NCBI GenBank assembly: GCA_964543485.1 | Contig: CAZIYI010000002.1 | Span: 4,192 to 68,191 of the forward strand | DNA length: 64,000 bases | Source of the DNA: an uncultured Candidatus Saccharibacteria bacterium | GTDB taxonomy: Bacteria; Patescibacteriota; Dojkabacteria; SC72 | Reading direction: 5' to 3' | Part shown: piece by piece, positions 37,313 through 47,095 of the stretch | How positions within the stretch are numbered: the stretch's first letter is position 1 | How the letters are laid out: every line of letters starts with the position of its first letter | Translations under genes and position numbers: made by a program | The notes under the pieces: model-generated | Seen by the model: only the letters and a program-made list of their open reading frames with translations | What the model was told of the DNA's origin: nothing | The model's database searches: none

Positions 37313-38337
37313 ATACTTTGAACATATTTTATACCATTTGGAGTTAAAACTCTTCCCCTAGAAGTCCTCTTTATCAAACCACACTTCATAAGATATGGCT
37401 CGTGTACATCAAGTATAGTAGAAATCTCCTCAGAGACACTAGCTGCTAATGTAGAAACACCAACAGGCCCACCATCAAAATTAAAGAATATAACCCTAAG
37501 TATTTCCCTATCAATACTCTCTAACCCCAAATCATCTATACCTAATAACTTCATAGTACTATTTACAGTATCGCTATTAACACTTTTCTGATTACTACTC
37601 TCTGCAAAGTCCCTAACCCTTCTTAAGAGACGTAGTCCGATTCTTGCTGTACCCCTAGATGCAAGAGAAAGCAATTTTAGAGCATCCTCATTTACATCAA
37701 TAGACCATAGGGAAGAAGCTCGTTTTAATATCTCTATCATATCTTCATCATCAAAAAAATCTAATCTCTGAATTAGCCCAAACCTATCTCTCATTGGAGA
37801 ACTTATCTTCCCTATCTGCGTAGTAGCCCCTATTAAGGTAAATGGTTCTAAATTAAGTCGAATTGTTTTTGCAGAAGGACCCTTACCCATAACAATATCC
37901 AACGCCCTATCTTCCATAGCAGGATACAATATCTCTTCTACTACTCTAGATAATCTATGTATCTCATCTATAAATAGGACATCATTTTCTTTAAGGTTTG
38001 TCAGTATAGCGGCTAAATCACCCTGTCTTTCAATAGCAGGACCAGATGTAATTCTAATTGATGAACCAATCTCATTTGCAATAGCAAATGCAAATGTTGT
38101 TTTACCAAGCCCTGGGGGACCGTAGAAAAGTATATGATCAATAACCTCTCCCCTCCCCTTCGCAGAATCAATCATCATCTTAACGGTTTTCTTCTCCTGT
38201 TTTCTTCCTATCATCTCATCTAATTTAGAAGGCCGAATCTTTTGAACCTGCTCCTCTAATTCAACATTATTTTTAACCACTATACTGCTGTTTTTTAGTG
38301 CGTTTCTCTCTTCGGTTTTTTTACTTGATTTAATCAT
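37303..38337 (-). CDS. ruvB: Holliday junction branch-migration ATPase RuvB
   Basis: Walker A GPPGLGKTT, Walker B LFIDEIHRL, sensor motifs and a C-terminal winged helix. 344 aa. Confidence 0.9.
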   Translation of the reverse strand: MIKSSKKTEERNALKNSSIVVKNNVELEEQVQKIRPSKLDEMIGRKQEKKTVKMMIDSAKGRGEVIDHILFYGPPGLGKTTFAFAIANEIGSSIRITSGPAIERQGDLAAILTNLKENDVLFIDEIHRLSRVVEEILYPAMEDRALDIVMGKGPSAKTIRLNLEPFTLIGATTQIGKISSPMRDRFGLIQRLDFFDDEDMIEILKRASSLWSIDVNEDALKLLSLASRGTARIGLRLLRRVRDFAESSNQKSVNSDTVNSTMKLLGIDDLGLESIDREILRVIFFNFDGGPVGVSTLAASVSEEISTILDVHEPYLMKCGLIKRTSRGRVLTPNGIKYVQSIWG

Positions 38338-38339
38338 AT

Positions 38340-38924
38340 TTACTGTTGTAAAACTTTTTTAATTAGAGCTTCTATATCAATATCCTCTTTCTTTAAAATA
38401 TCTGCCCCCCTTCTCACTCCGTCTTCTAATTCTTTACCCTTAAACGCAAGCACTTTTAATGCATTTTTTAATTCCACCAACCTCTCATCTTCCTTACCCT
38501 GTGCATCCTCTTTGTCAAAATCTATTCTTCCTCTTAACTCCAAAATTACCTTTTGAGCACCCTTTAAACCCAAACCAGATACCTTACTAAGAAGTTTAGA
38601 GTCACCATCCAAAATTAACTGTCTTACACGCTCCATACTATACGTAGAAAGAATAGAGAGTGCAGATTTAGGTCCAATACCTGATACTGTAAGTAGTAAC
38701 TCAAAGAAGTCCCTCTCTTCCTCTTTAACAAAACCGTAAAGTGTTTGGCTCTCTTCCCTTACCTGAAAGCTTGTAAAAAAATCTATATTATCTCCTACAT
38801 TCTTAAATTCAAAAAGAGATGAAACATATACCCTGTAGGCAATACCACAAGAGAGCAATATGTCAGTATAGCTACTTTTACCAAGATAATTCTTCATCAC
38901 TTTTCCAGAAATATATGAAATCAT
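38340..38924 (-). CDS. ruvA: Holliday junction DNA-binding protein RuvA
   Basis: OB-fold N-terminus (MISYISGKV...), HhH motifs GIGPKSAL and a C-terminal RuvB-interaction domain. 194 aa. Confidence 0.8.
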   Translation of the reverse strand: MISYISGKVMKNYLGKSSYTDILLSCGIAYRVYVSSLFEFKNVGDNIDFFTSFQVREESQTLYGFVKEEERDFFELLLTVSGIGPKSALSILSTYSMERVRQLILDGDSKLLSKVSGLGLKGAQKVILELRGRIDFDKEDAQGKEDERLVELKNALKVLAFKGKELEDGVRRGADILKKEDIDIEALIKKVLQQ

Positions 38925-38933
38925 TTTTTAATT

Positions 38934-39422
38934 TTATTTTAATTTATCATTTTCTAATCTGTCATAACATGCAACAGATATAGCCAAAGCATCTGCAACA
39001 TCATCTGGTTTAGGAATCTCAGTTAATCCAAATAGCATTTTAACATTTTCCTGTACCTGTAATTTAGATGCTTTCCCATACCCAGATATACTACTTTTTA
39101 CCTGTAGAGGGGTAATTTCACAAACAGGTATATTACTATCCTCTAAAGAAAGAAGTATAACCCCTCTGGCCTCTCCCACTACAATTGCTGTTTTAGCGTT
39201 GTTGTAAAAAAGAAGGGTTTCCAAACCACTATATACCGGTTTGAATTCTTTAATAATATTATTCATGTCTTTGTAAAGTTCTAACAGTCTCTCACCAACA
39301 GTTCTCTCCTTTGAAGTAATTATTGCTCCGTAATCAATGGGAGAAGCTTTCCCATTATTATCGAAATCAACAATAGACCAGCCAGTTATAGCTATACCCG
39401 GATCTATCCCTAATATTCTCAT
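38934..39422 (-). CDS. ruvC: crossover junction endodeoxyribonuclease RuvC
   Basis: MRILGIDPGIAITGWSIV (RNase-H-like fold with catalytic Asp), 162 aa. Gene order ruvC-ruvA-ruvB. Confidence 0.8.
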   Translation of the reverse strand: MRILGIDPGIAITGWSIVDFDNNGKASPIDYGAIITSKERTVGERLLELYKDMNNIIKEFKPVYSGLETLLFYNNAKTAIVVGEARGVILLSLEDSNIPVCEITPLQVKSSISGYGKASKLQVQENVKMLFGLTEIPKPDDVADALAISVACYDRLENDKLK

Positions 39423-39438
39423 ATCAATTTCGGTTAAA

Positions 39439-40218
39439 TTACTCTAGATTACTCCAAACATTCTGAACATCATCACGATCTTCCAATCTCTCTAAACCAT
39501 TTTGAATTTTCTCTAAATCTGTTCCTATTAAAGCTTTTACTACCTTCGGTTCTTTAATTATTTCGGACACTTCTATTAGATATCCTAACTTAGAAATAGA
39601 ATCTCTTACACTTGCCAGATTATTATACTGAGTATATACCTCCAACCCCTCTACTCCATCTAAATCTACCTCTTTAATATCTTCTATACCTTCTATATCC
39701 ATCAACTTTATCATTACTTCTTCCCTGTTATCTCGGATATATTCATCCTCTCCTCCATACTTTTCCGATTTTTTCAAATGACCACTCTTTACCATTATCA
39801 AACCCTTAGTATCAAAATTCCAAGAAACGGATCCTGTATCTCCCATTCTTCCCCCTATCTCTTCAAAGATTCTTCTTAAATCAGCAACTGTTCTATTTTT
39901 ATTATCAGTCAAACAGTCAACTAGAATCTGCACACCGTCATGTCCAAACCCCTCATAGGTAACCTCTTCATACACAACCCCGTCTACACCTGTACCAGAG
40001 CCCTTCTGAACTGCCTTTTCTATTCTGTCTATGGGAAAACCCTCTCTCTTTGCTTTCTCTATATACAACCTTAAATTGGGATTCATATTAGGATCAGTAC
40101 CCCCCTGTCTTGCAGCATGAGTTATCTGTACAGAAAGTTTTGAAAATACCTTCCCCTTCTTAGCATCATTTATTGCTTTCTTATGCCTGATTGTTGACCA
40201 TTTAGAGTGACCTGACAT
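39439..40218 (-). CDS. yebC: YebC/PmpR-family probable transcriptional regulator
   Basis: MSGHSKWSTIRHKKA...DAKKGK... is the hallmark N-terminus of the YebC family. 259 aa. Confidence 0.85.
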   Translation of the reverse strand: MSGHSKWSTIRHKKAINDAKKGKVFSKLSVQITHAARQGGTDPNMNPNLRLYIEKAKREGFPIDRIEKAVQKGSGTGVDGVVYEEVTYEGFGHDGVQILVDCLTDNKNRTVADLRRIFEEIGGRMGDTGSVSWNFDTKGLIMVKSGHLKKSEKYGGEDEYIRDNREEVMIKLMDIEGIEDIKEVDLDGVEGLEVYTQYNNLASVRDSISKLGYLIEVSEIIKEPKVVKALIGTDLEKIQNGLERLEDRDDVQNVWSNLE

Positions 40219-40280
40219 AATTAGAAAAATATATAATGTATATGGGATATTCTATCATTTACAACACTGCGAAAAAAGAC

Positions 40281-42752
40281 CTAACTTTTTACTCTATATC
40301 CACCCTCAACGACTTCCTCTTTTTTTTCGTTTTTCTTTACTGACCTATTACCACTATCACTGTAAGTTTGATTACTCCACCTAATTATTTTATCCTCGAT
40401 TACATCTTTAGCTGTTCCGTATTTTTCTCTAGAAAGAGCAATCACTTTACTCTTTAATCCAAATGGCTGATACCTTGGAGGTAAGGATCTGGCACTAAAT
40501 GTTGTAGATGTCATACCATCAATACAGAGTTTAAGATACATAGAGTGTGCATCTAAAGAAACTAAATCTTCAGATGAAACTCCTGGGGCAAATTCTTTCT
40601 CAAGAATAGAGGCATCGGATTGACTAACTACAAATGAACCTAAAGTTCCAACATTACCGAATATTGCCTGTCTTACTGTTAAAGGTAATTGATCGATATA
40701 TTGATTAGTCATACACAAATCTAATCTAAACTTTCTTGCTTCGGATAGAATCTTAGCAAAAGAGTCTGTAGCAAAGTTTTGGAATTCATCAACAAAAAGA
40801 TAGAAATCATTTCTTTGATCAGCAGGCATATCAACTCTCTCCAAAGCAGTAGATTGTAACCTTGTAATTATCATTCCACCAAGTAAAGAAGCAGTTTCCT
40901 CTCCAAGTTTTCCTTGAGCAAGATTGATGAGTAAGATTTTCTTGTTATCCATTATCTCTCTTAAATCTATTGTAGATTTAACTTGTCCAATAATATTTCG
41001 AGTAACTGCCGAAGAAATAAATCTTCCTACCTTGTTCTGGATTGGTGCCACTGCCTCTGAGAGTAATCTGGGGTTTTGAGACATCTGTGCATACTCCTCC
41101 TCCCAGAATTTATATAGAATGGGATCATCAACCTGCTTTAGAATGAACTTCCTATAATTTTTATCCATAAGCATTCTAGTTACAGAGAGAAGTGTTGTAC
41201 CCTGTGCCTCTAGTGCTGTAGCTATTGTATTAGTAAGAATATACTGTAACCGAGGACCCCAGGATGTACCAAACTGTTTATGGAATACCTCTACTACACC
41301 ATCTGCAATTAAATCCCTTTGTGATTTATCTTTTAATTCAAGTAAGTTAAACCCTATCGGATACTCTGTATCTGTTGGATTAAAGTAAATAACATCATCT
41401 ATTCTTTCAGGAGGTATGAAATCCAAAAGTTCTTCAACCAACTCTCCATGAGGATCTATCATACAAGCACCGTCCCCCCTTAGAATATCTGAGATAAACA
41501 TGTTCTTAAATACAGTAGACTTACCTACACCTGTTTTACCTAAGATATAGAAATGCTTTCTCCTATCCTCACTTTTTATCCCAAACTCATATCGACTTCC
41601 CCTATAATCCGTTTCTGCAAAAACAGTAACCCCATCTTGTCCTACTTTAGGTAAATTCATAGGGGGTTCAATTCTTTTAGATCTACTCCAAGCGATATTT
41701 GGGGTTTCTACTGAAATATTCGGCATATGGTATAAAGAGGCCAATTCTTCAATATTAATAATATCAATAGTATCAGAAGGTAAATGTCTTTTTAAATACT
41801 CTGAGTATATCTCTTTTCCACTTTTATCTGGCTTCGAATGTACAAAAGTATTTAAGTGGGCAGTAGTAAACTGTTTAAAACTAGCGACAATATCTCTTAA
41901 TATTTGCTCTGACTCTATTTGTGAATTCGCTTTTGTAACTACTCTAATTTTAAATTCAAAACCGAGTTTTAACATCTTAAGTTCAATTTCGCTCAATTCC
42001 TCTTCTTGGCCGGGTTGTAATTTCACTATTTCTTTTCTTACTACATTCTCATTTCCGATATTGGATATACTCTCCCCCATTCCCTTTAAAACATTAGATA
42101 GTTCAGCAAAGAAGCCCTGTGAATATGGGTCTTTACCATCCTTGATTGCAGTAATGTATTTTTTAGAATTCTTTTGCCAGTAATTTGAAACAGGTCGTAC
42201 AAGAATTTGTATCCATGCCTTTTGTCCTAATTTAAGATCAGAGATTGCTCCCGTTATTGCTGCTAAAGGATCTACTTCAAAATTTCTAAATGTCTTAATC
42301 GGAAATATGAAGTCTTTCTCAAGCTCGATTTCTCCAGTAGTAACAAATTGTCTCTGATTAGGATCAGAGCTACTAATAGAGATGTAATCTGGTACATATT
42401 TGATATCCGCATTGGGGTATTGAGCATAAATTTGACCTTCAACAAATTTTGAAAGATGTTTTGGAACAACTGCATAGAATTTTATTCCATTATCATTACT
42501 TGAAACAATTTCGAAACTTATTAAATCAGCAGACTTAACATCGTCCCCTAAGATACCATGTATAGAAGCGAACATCTGTTCTGCGGCAAGTGGGGTTTTA
42601 TCATTCTCTCTTGGTACAAGTATCTGTATTACAAGAGGGCTTCGAATCTCTTCAAATACCTCAGGTGGGTCTTCAGATTTCTTACTTAAAAGAAACACAA
42701 AGGCAAGAAAAACTAAAGATGCAAATATTATAGAAAATATAAAAGTTGTCAT
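40281..42752 (-). CDS. membrane-anchored P-loop NTPase of the FtsK-HerA / VirB4-VirD4 (TraG-like) superfamily
   Basis: 823 aa. N-terminal TM helix, a 380-aa domain, then Walker A ILGKTGVGKST and Walker B FYLFVDEFQNF followed by ARKFRL. Confidence 0.5.
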   Translation of the reverse strand: MTTFIFSIIFASLVFLAFVFLLSKKSEDPPEVFEEIRSPLVIQILVPRENDKTPLAAEQMFASIHGILGDDVKSADLISFEIVSSNDNGIKFYAVVPKHLSKFVEGQIYAQYPNADIKYVPDYISISSSDPNQRQFVTTGEIELEKDFIFPIKTFRNFEVDPLAAITGAISDLKLGQKAWIQILVRPVSNYWQKNSKKYITAIKDGKDPYSQGFFAELSNVLKGMGESISNIGNENVVRKEIVKLQPGQEEELSEIELKMLKLGFEFKIRVVTKANSQIESEQILRDIVASFKQFTTAHLNTFVHSKPDKSGKEIYSEYLKRHLPSDTIDIINIEELASLYHMPNISVETPNIAWSRSKRIEPPMNLPKVGQDGVTVFAETDYRGSRYEFGIKSEDRRKHFYILGKTGVGKSTVFKNMFISDILRGDGACMIDPHGELVEELLDFIPPERIDDVIYFNPTDTEYPIGFNLLELKDKSQRDLIADGVVEVFHKQFGTSWGPRLQYILTNTIATALEAQGTTLLSVTRMLMDKNYRKFILKQVDDPILYKFWEEEYAQMSQNPRLLSEAVAPIQNKVGRFISSAVTRNIIGQVKSTIDLREIMDNKKILLINLAQGKLGEETASLLGGMIITRLQSTALERVDMPADQRNDFYLFVDEFQNFATDSFAKILSEARKFRLDLCMTNQYIDQLPLTVRQAIFGNVGTLGSFVVSQSDASILEKEFAPGVSSEDLVSLDAHSMYLKLCIDGMTSTTFSARSLPPRYQPFGLKSKVIALSREKYGTAKDVIEDKIIRWSNQTYSDSGNRSVKKNEKKEEVVEGGYRVKS

Positions 42753-42798
42753 TGAATATATATTACCATTTAAATAGTGAAAAGTAATATATTAAGTG

Positions 42799-44007
42799 CT
42801 AAAAAGCGTACACAGTTGGTATATCTTTTCCCAATATTATTACAATATCGCCAGTAGTCATAAATGATGGTCTACTTTCAACAATCTCATAAGTCCCAGG
42901 GAATATCTCAAATACTACACTTAACGATCTAGGGAAATCCTCTTGTTTAGGAACAAAAAATTGAGTTTTATTTTGCTCTTTGGGAGCATTATCATATCTA
43001 ACTACCTCACAACCACTATTTCTTATCTTTCTTGCATACTGACTAGCATAACCACTAAGTCCACTCCCATTATATACCTCTACTCTGACTCTTTCTTTTT
43101 CTAACTCCCTATCAATCATACTATCAATAAACTTTCTCCAAACAGTATCATATTTATCCGTTTCAATATAGCTTGAAATACCTACTCCTCCAAATGCCTC
43201 TTGTTGTGAGAGGTATTCTGAATTACTTAAATCCAAAAGAAACGGTCTTGTAGAAATAATACTTTTTTGAATATTTTTTAATTTAAGAACAACATTTCCT
43301 AGAGTTGAAAATGAGGATAGTATTACTGCTTGAGAGTCCTTAAACTTATGAGATGAAGTTAAAAGATTAAACCATCCTAATTTTGAAATAAAGCTATTTA
43401 ACAAAAACGCTTCTTGATTCACATTAAAACCGTTTGAGTAATATTGGGCATACAAAGAATCTCCAGATGGCTCTCCTAATTTCTCGCTGAATATTTTATT
43501 AGCAGAGCTACTGATCCATATATATTCGTCTATATTAGTACCTAATAGTTGTTCAAATTGCCATATAGCGTATTCATAACCCCTACCCTCTTGAAGAAAA
43601 TCTCCAGCATACCTAAATGTAGAGATTGGCAAACTACTTCCAAACTCTTTGTCTACACCCATATACTCTACCCATGCTGGTATAAATACTAACACAGAGA
43701 CACTTTTTTCTTTGTTTTCAGCATATAGATATGCAACCTTTATCCTCTCTTTGTCATTGTATTCTTCCTCAAATACAATTAGTGTTTTTTCTAAAGCATC
43801 TCTTTGATTTGATAGAAGGTAATATTCGGAATTACTAAGTTTAATGGGATCAATACTCTTAATGTTACTAAATCCAATATATGTATATATGCCATAGCCA
43901 ATTAAAGAGGTTAGAATTAGGAATAGAAGTATTTTATTAAAGTTAATATTAATTTTCTTTTTCTTCACTTCCCCTTTTCTTTTGTATCTCTCTCTTCCAG
44001 TTCTCAT
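42799..44007 (-). CDS. membrane-anchored LCP (LytR-CpsA-Psr)-like protein with C-terminal LytR_C-like domain
   Basis: N-terminal TM helix. C-terminal VRVEVYNGSGLSGYASQYARKIRNSGCEVVRYDNAP matches the LytR_C pattern (V.V.NG.G..GlA......L...G..V...gNA). Confidence 0.4.
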   Translation of the reverse strand: MRTGRERYKRKGEVKKKKININFNKILLFLILTSLIGYGIYTYIGFSNIKSIDPIKLSNSEYYLLSNQRDALEKTLIVFEEEYNDKERIKVAYLYAENKEKSVSVLVFIPAWVEYMGVDKEFGSSLPISTFRYAGDFLQEGRGYEYAIWQFEQLLGTNIDEYIWISSSANKIFSEKLGEPSGDSLYAQYYSNGFNVNQEAFLLNSFISKLGWFNLLTSSHKFKDSQAVILSSFSTLGNVVLKLKNIQKSIISTRPFLLDLSNSEYLSQQEAFGGVGISSYIETDKYDTVWRKFIDSMIDRELEKERVRVEVYNGSGLSGYASQYARKIRNSGCEVVRYDNAPKEQNKTQFFVPKQEDFPRSLSVVFEIFPGTYEIVESRPSFMTTGDIVIILGKDIPTVYAF

Positions 44008-44939
44008 TTTAATGTTGTAAAAGTTAATCTTTTTCCATTCTTTTTAACAAAACTTAATAGCACCGCCTCAAGCATAATATTATCACCTACTCCATTACCG
44101 TAAAGAGAATCTCCTTTAATATGATATCCCAAGTATTTTAAACTTGCCCTTATCTGGTGCATCCTTCCTGTATCAATTTTGATTAAAGCATGATCTTTTG
44201 AAAAGAGCATATAACTTAAAGCGTATTTTGAACCGGGAAATTCATAGGTTCTAAACTCCATCCTATATCTATTTGTCCTATCTCTCCCAATATACCCTTC
44301 TACTTTTCCCCAACTTTGCCATGGTTTTGAATTTATATCAATCTTTTTAGCATATTCTAGCAAATCAATATCTATTTCATTTTTGTTCTTCTCCTCTAAA
44401 CAAGCATAGTATATTTTAATTACGTTCTTGTTACTAAATTCCCCTTTTAAATACTCCTGAATACTCTTATTTTTTGCTACAACTATTAATCCAGACACCC
44501 CCTTATCTAAACGATGTACAATCCCTCCCCTATCAAGTAAAGAATCATACTGCCCTATACTTTCAAGATAGTATCTTACATAATTTGCGAGAGTATTATC
44601 TCTATTCCCTACTCCCGGATGAACCACTAAACCTTTTGGTTTATATATTACTAATAGATCTTCATCCTCATATCTAATATCTAATTTGTACTTTTGAGGA
44701 AGTATCTCTTTGCTTAAATCTAAGTTGTTTTTAATATCTTCCCAATATTCTCTATCTATATCCAAGATATCTCCCTCTCTTAATCTATATCCCTTTTTAC
44801 AGCTACTCCCATTTATATTACATCCTTCATTTATATATCTTTGAACAATGCTTCTAGAAAAAGAATGCTCTTTTAATATATCAAATACAACTGAATCAAT
44901 CCTTAGACCCATTTTGTCTTTTTGAATAACTATTTTCAT
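44004..44939 (-). CDS. rluD: RluA-family 23S rRNA pseudouridine synthase (RluD-like) with N-terminal S4 domain
   Basis: Catalytic motif HRLDKGVSGLIVVAKN. 311 aa. Confidence 0.8.
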   Translation of the reverse strand: MKIVIQKDKMGLRIDSVVFDILKEHSFSRSIVQRYINEGCNINGSSCKKGYRLREGDILDIDREYWEDIKNNLDLSKEILPQKYKLDIRYEDEDLLVIYKPKGLVVHPGVGNRDNTLANYVRYYLESIGQYDSLLDRGGIVHRLDKGVSGLIVVAKNKSIQEYLKGEFSNKNVIKIYYACLEEKNKNEIDIDLLEYAKKIDINSKPWQSWGKVEGYIGRDRTNRYRMEFRTYEFPGSKYALSYMLFSKDHALIKIDTGRMHQIRASLKYLGYHIKGDSLYGNGVGDNIMLEAVLLSFVKKNGKRLTFTTLK

Positions 44940-44972
44940 AATATAGATTTTACTAATAATATGTCTCTATTA

Positions 44973-45353
44973 CTACCTCTCTCTATTTAAAAAAAGTAGA
45001 AATACCCCTGCATATATTGATAATATAACTAAAAACAAATCCGATATATTAAATGAAATCCCTAATACTGTAATATAATCACATACCTTTCCATATATAA
45101 CTCTTGTAACTAGATTACTTAATCCTAAAAGGAATACTGAAAAGAGAATGTATTTCATATTACCTCCAGAATTTAATGCTATAACAATTAGGATGATTAG
45201 TAAGAGTGTTGAGATAAAAAATATATTGTTAATTTCAATACCGAAAGCAACCCCGTTATTTGTAATGCATGTATTTCTTAAAAATAATTCATTCGAAAGA
45301 AATATATTTATTACAGATACAACAAATGAACACAAAAGTATAGCTATGCCCAT
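44973..45353 (-). CDS. lspA: lipoprotein signal peptidase (signal peptidase II), short/divergent
   Basis: NNGVAFGI (NxGAAFG box), LSNLVTRVIYGKVCDYI and FNISDLFLVI (FNxAD box). 126 aa with 4 TM helices. The N-terminal catalytic Asp region is not evident. Confidence 0.5.
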   Translation of the reverse strand: MGIAILLCSFVVSVINIFLSNELFLRNTCITNNGVAFGIEINNIFFISTLLLIILIVIALNSGGNMKYILFSVFLLGLSNLVTRVIYGKVCDYITVLGISFNISDLFLVILSIYAGVFLLFLNRER

Positions 45354-45354
45354 A

Positions 45355-46161
45355 CTATTCTAACTTAACAGATCTAATTGTTGATACACTTTTAATATTT
45401 ACTTTTGCTTTTCTTAAATCTGAAAGAAAGAATCCCGACATTACTACTGTCCATATTAAAAATATTCCTACTAAAATATCCTCTAAGAAAGACAAATCGC
45501 TAGATAAATATAGATATGAGACATAGACAGAGGAGATAAGTACGATAAAGAATCCAACATAACCAAGAATATACTTTTCGTAAAGAGGATTTTTAACAAT
45601 TTTATATATGAATTTAAATGATATGTAAAATATTACCAAAACAGCAATTAGTATTAACCCTTTATAAATCCAATTATTAAAACCGGAGTTCATACCGGTA
45701 TATATAAAAGAAACCCCCAACATTGATGTGGTTGAGAAATAAATTGGAAAAAACATATGTTTCCATCTCCATTTTTTAATCACTAATACAAAGAAGGTTA
45801 AGAAAATAAGTGTTGATACAAACATCGCTAGTATTACCAAGCCACCATCCCAAACACCAAAAAATCTCCATGGTAGTAATCTAAAAAGATAAATCTTTTC
45901 ACCATACTTTTCATAAGGTAACCAATACCATATAAATGATGAAAATGTTTCCCAGGTCAATATTATATATACTACTCTTCCAACAACAAAACCAAGGAAT
46001 CCAGAAACTAAAAAAATATCAAATACAGAGGATCTATTTTTTCGTGATTCTGTACAACCTCTCCAAAATACATACAAACCAATAAAAAATATTAACGCAA
46101 AAACAATCAATGGATGAACATCTTGCAAAAAATCTTTTACAATATAAAACAGTTCTTTCAC
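45355..46161 (-). CDS. polytopic membrane protein (weak resemblance to prolipoprotein diacylglyceryl transferase)
   Basis: 268 aa, about 7 TM helices. GVWDGGLVI and VVGRVVYI weakly recall Lgt motifs. Adjacent to lspA. Confidence 0.3.
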   Translation of the reverse strand: MKELFYIVKDFLQDVHPLIVFALIFFIGLYVFWRGCTESRKNRSSVFDIFLVSGFLGFVVGRVVYIILTWETFSSFIWYWLPYEKYGEKIYLFRLLPWRFFGVWDGGLVILAMFVSTLIFLTFFVLVIKKWRWKHMFFPIYFSTTSMLGVSFIYTGMNSGFNNWIYKGLILIAVLVIFYISFKFIYKIVKNPLYEKYILGYVGFFIVLISSVYVSYLYLSSDLSFLEDILVGIFLIWTVVMSGFFLSDLRKAKVNIKSVSTIRSVKLE

Positions 46162-46186
46162 TATGTTATGCTAATACTTTAATATC

Positions 46187-46942
46187 CTATCGTTTCTTTC
46201 TTGATTCCTTTTTCTTATTCTTTTTCTTTCTATCTTTCTTTATCTTTTTAAAATCTGTTTTAGCAGTTTCAGAAACTACATTACTATCAACTTTTCCTTT
46301 AACCTTAGTTTTAAGATGTAGAAACCCACCAATGATTACATTCCCGAGTTTAACAATAAAACTCTCCCCTGTCTTGTATCTGGTTCTTTTTGATTCAACA
46401 ACTTCACTTGCTTGTTCTTTAGTTGCAGTAATTTGCTGTTGCATTACCTGAGCATCAGGATACTTCTCTTCCTGGGTAGCCCTATCTCTAATCTGAAGAC
46501 CACAGAATTCACAAAATTTATGATCTTTGTTAATTAAGACATTGCATTTTGGACATCTCTTTTTAATCTCAAACCCACAATTTGTACAAAATACATATCC
46601 AGGATACAATTGATGCCCACACTTTGGGCAATCTCCAAGTTCCGATGTTTCAAATTTTAAATATCTTCTTTCTAAATCCCCCCAATATATTTCCTCAATC
46701 GTTTCACTTGGTCGAATAATTAAATATATTATTAATCCTGGTATATTCAAAAATATAACTAAAAGCATATATACCAGTCTTAGACCTTTTCTGGAAGTTC
46801 TCTCAGAAGAATCTATCCATACCCACCCAATGATGACTAAAGAGAATAAAATGAATAATAGGCCAATTATAAAGCTAAAGATATTAAAGTTTATACCTCC
46901 TACAAATTCAAAAAAGTTAAGAATAAATTTTTCTAATCCCAT
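46187..46942 (-). CDS. membrane protein with double zinc-ribbon domain and Lys-rich C-terminus
   Basis: Two N-terminal TM helices, then CPKCGHQ...CTNCG...CPKCN...CEFCG (four CxxC pairs), ending in a ...KKKNKKKESRKKR tail. Confidence 0.45.
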   Translation of the reverse strand: MGLEKFILNFFEFVGGINFNIFSFIIGLLFILFSLVIIGWVWIDSSERTSRKGLRLVYMLLVIFLNIPGLIIYLIIRPSETIEEIYWGDLERRYLKFETSELGDCPKCGHQLYPGYVFCTNCGFEIKKRCPKCNVLINKDHKFCEFCGLQIRDRATQEEKYPDAQVMQQQITATKEQASEVVESKRTRYKTGESFIVKLGNVIIGGFLHLKTKVKGKVDSNVVSETAKTDFKKIKKDRKKKNKKKESRKKR

Positions 46943-46969
46943 GGTTTTATTATTACTTAATTATCTATA

Positions 46970-47053
46970 TGGTCGAGGAGGGAATCGAACCCTCACACTA
47001 TTTCTAGCATGGGATTTTGAGTCCCACGTGTCTGCCAATTCCACCACTCGACC
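46970..47053 (-). tRNA. tRNA-Leu (anticodon CAA), type II with long variable arm, CCA not encoded
   Basis: Reverse complement GGTCGAG-TG-GTG-GAATTGGCAGA-CAC-G-TGGGA-CTCAAAA-TCCCA-TGCTAGAAATAGTGT-GAGGG-TTCGATT-CCCTC-CTCGACC-A folds into a cloverleaf: 7-bp acceptor stem, GG in the D-loop, U33, anticodon CAA, 15-nt variable arm, TTCGATT T-loop and discriminator A. Confidence 0.85.
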
Positions 47054-47095
47054 TAATCCCTTTATTATATCCCAAGAAAATAGGTGTTGTATATA

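Noticed and set aside
34608-47053. Integrase plus tRNA as boundaries of a genomic island
   Set aside because: The tyrosine recombinase and tRNA-Leu are 11 kb apart with housekeeping genes (ruvCAB, yebC, rluD, lspA) between them. No direct repeat of the tRNA 3' end was seen. The recombinase looks Xer-like rather than phage-integrase-like.
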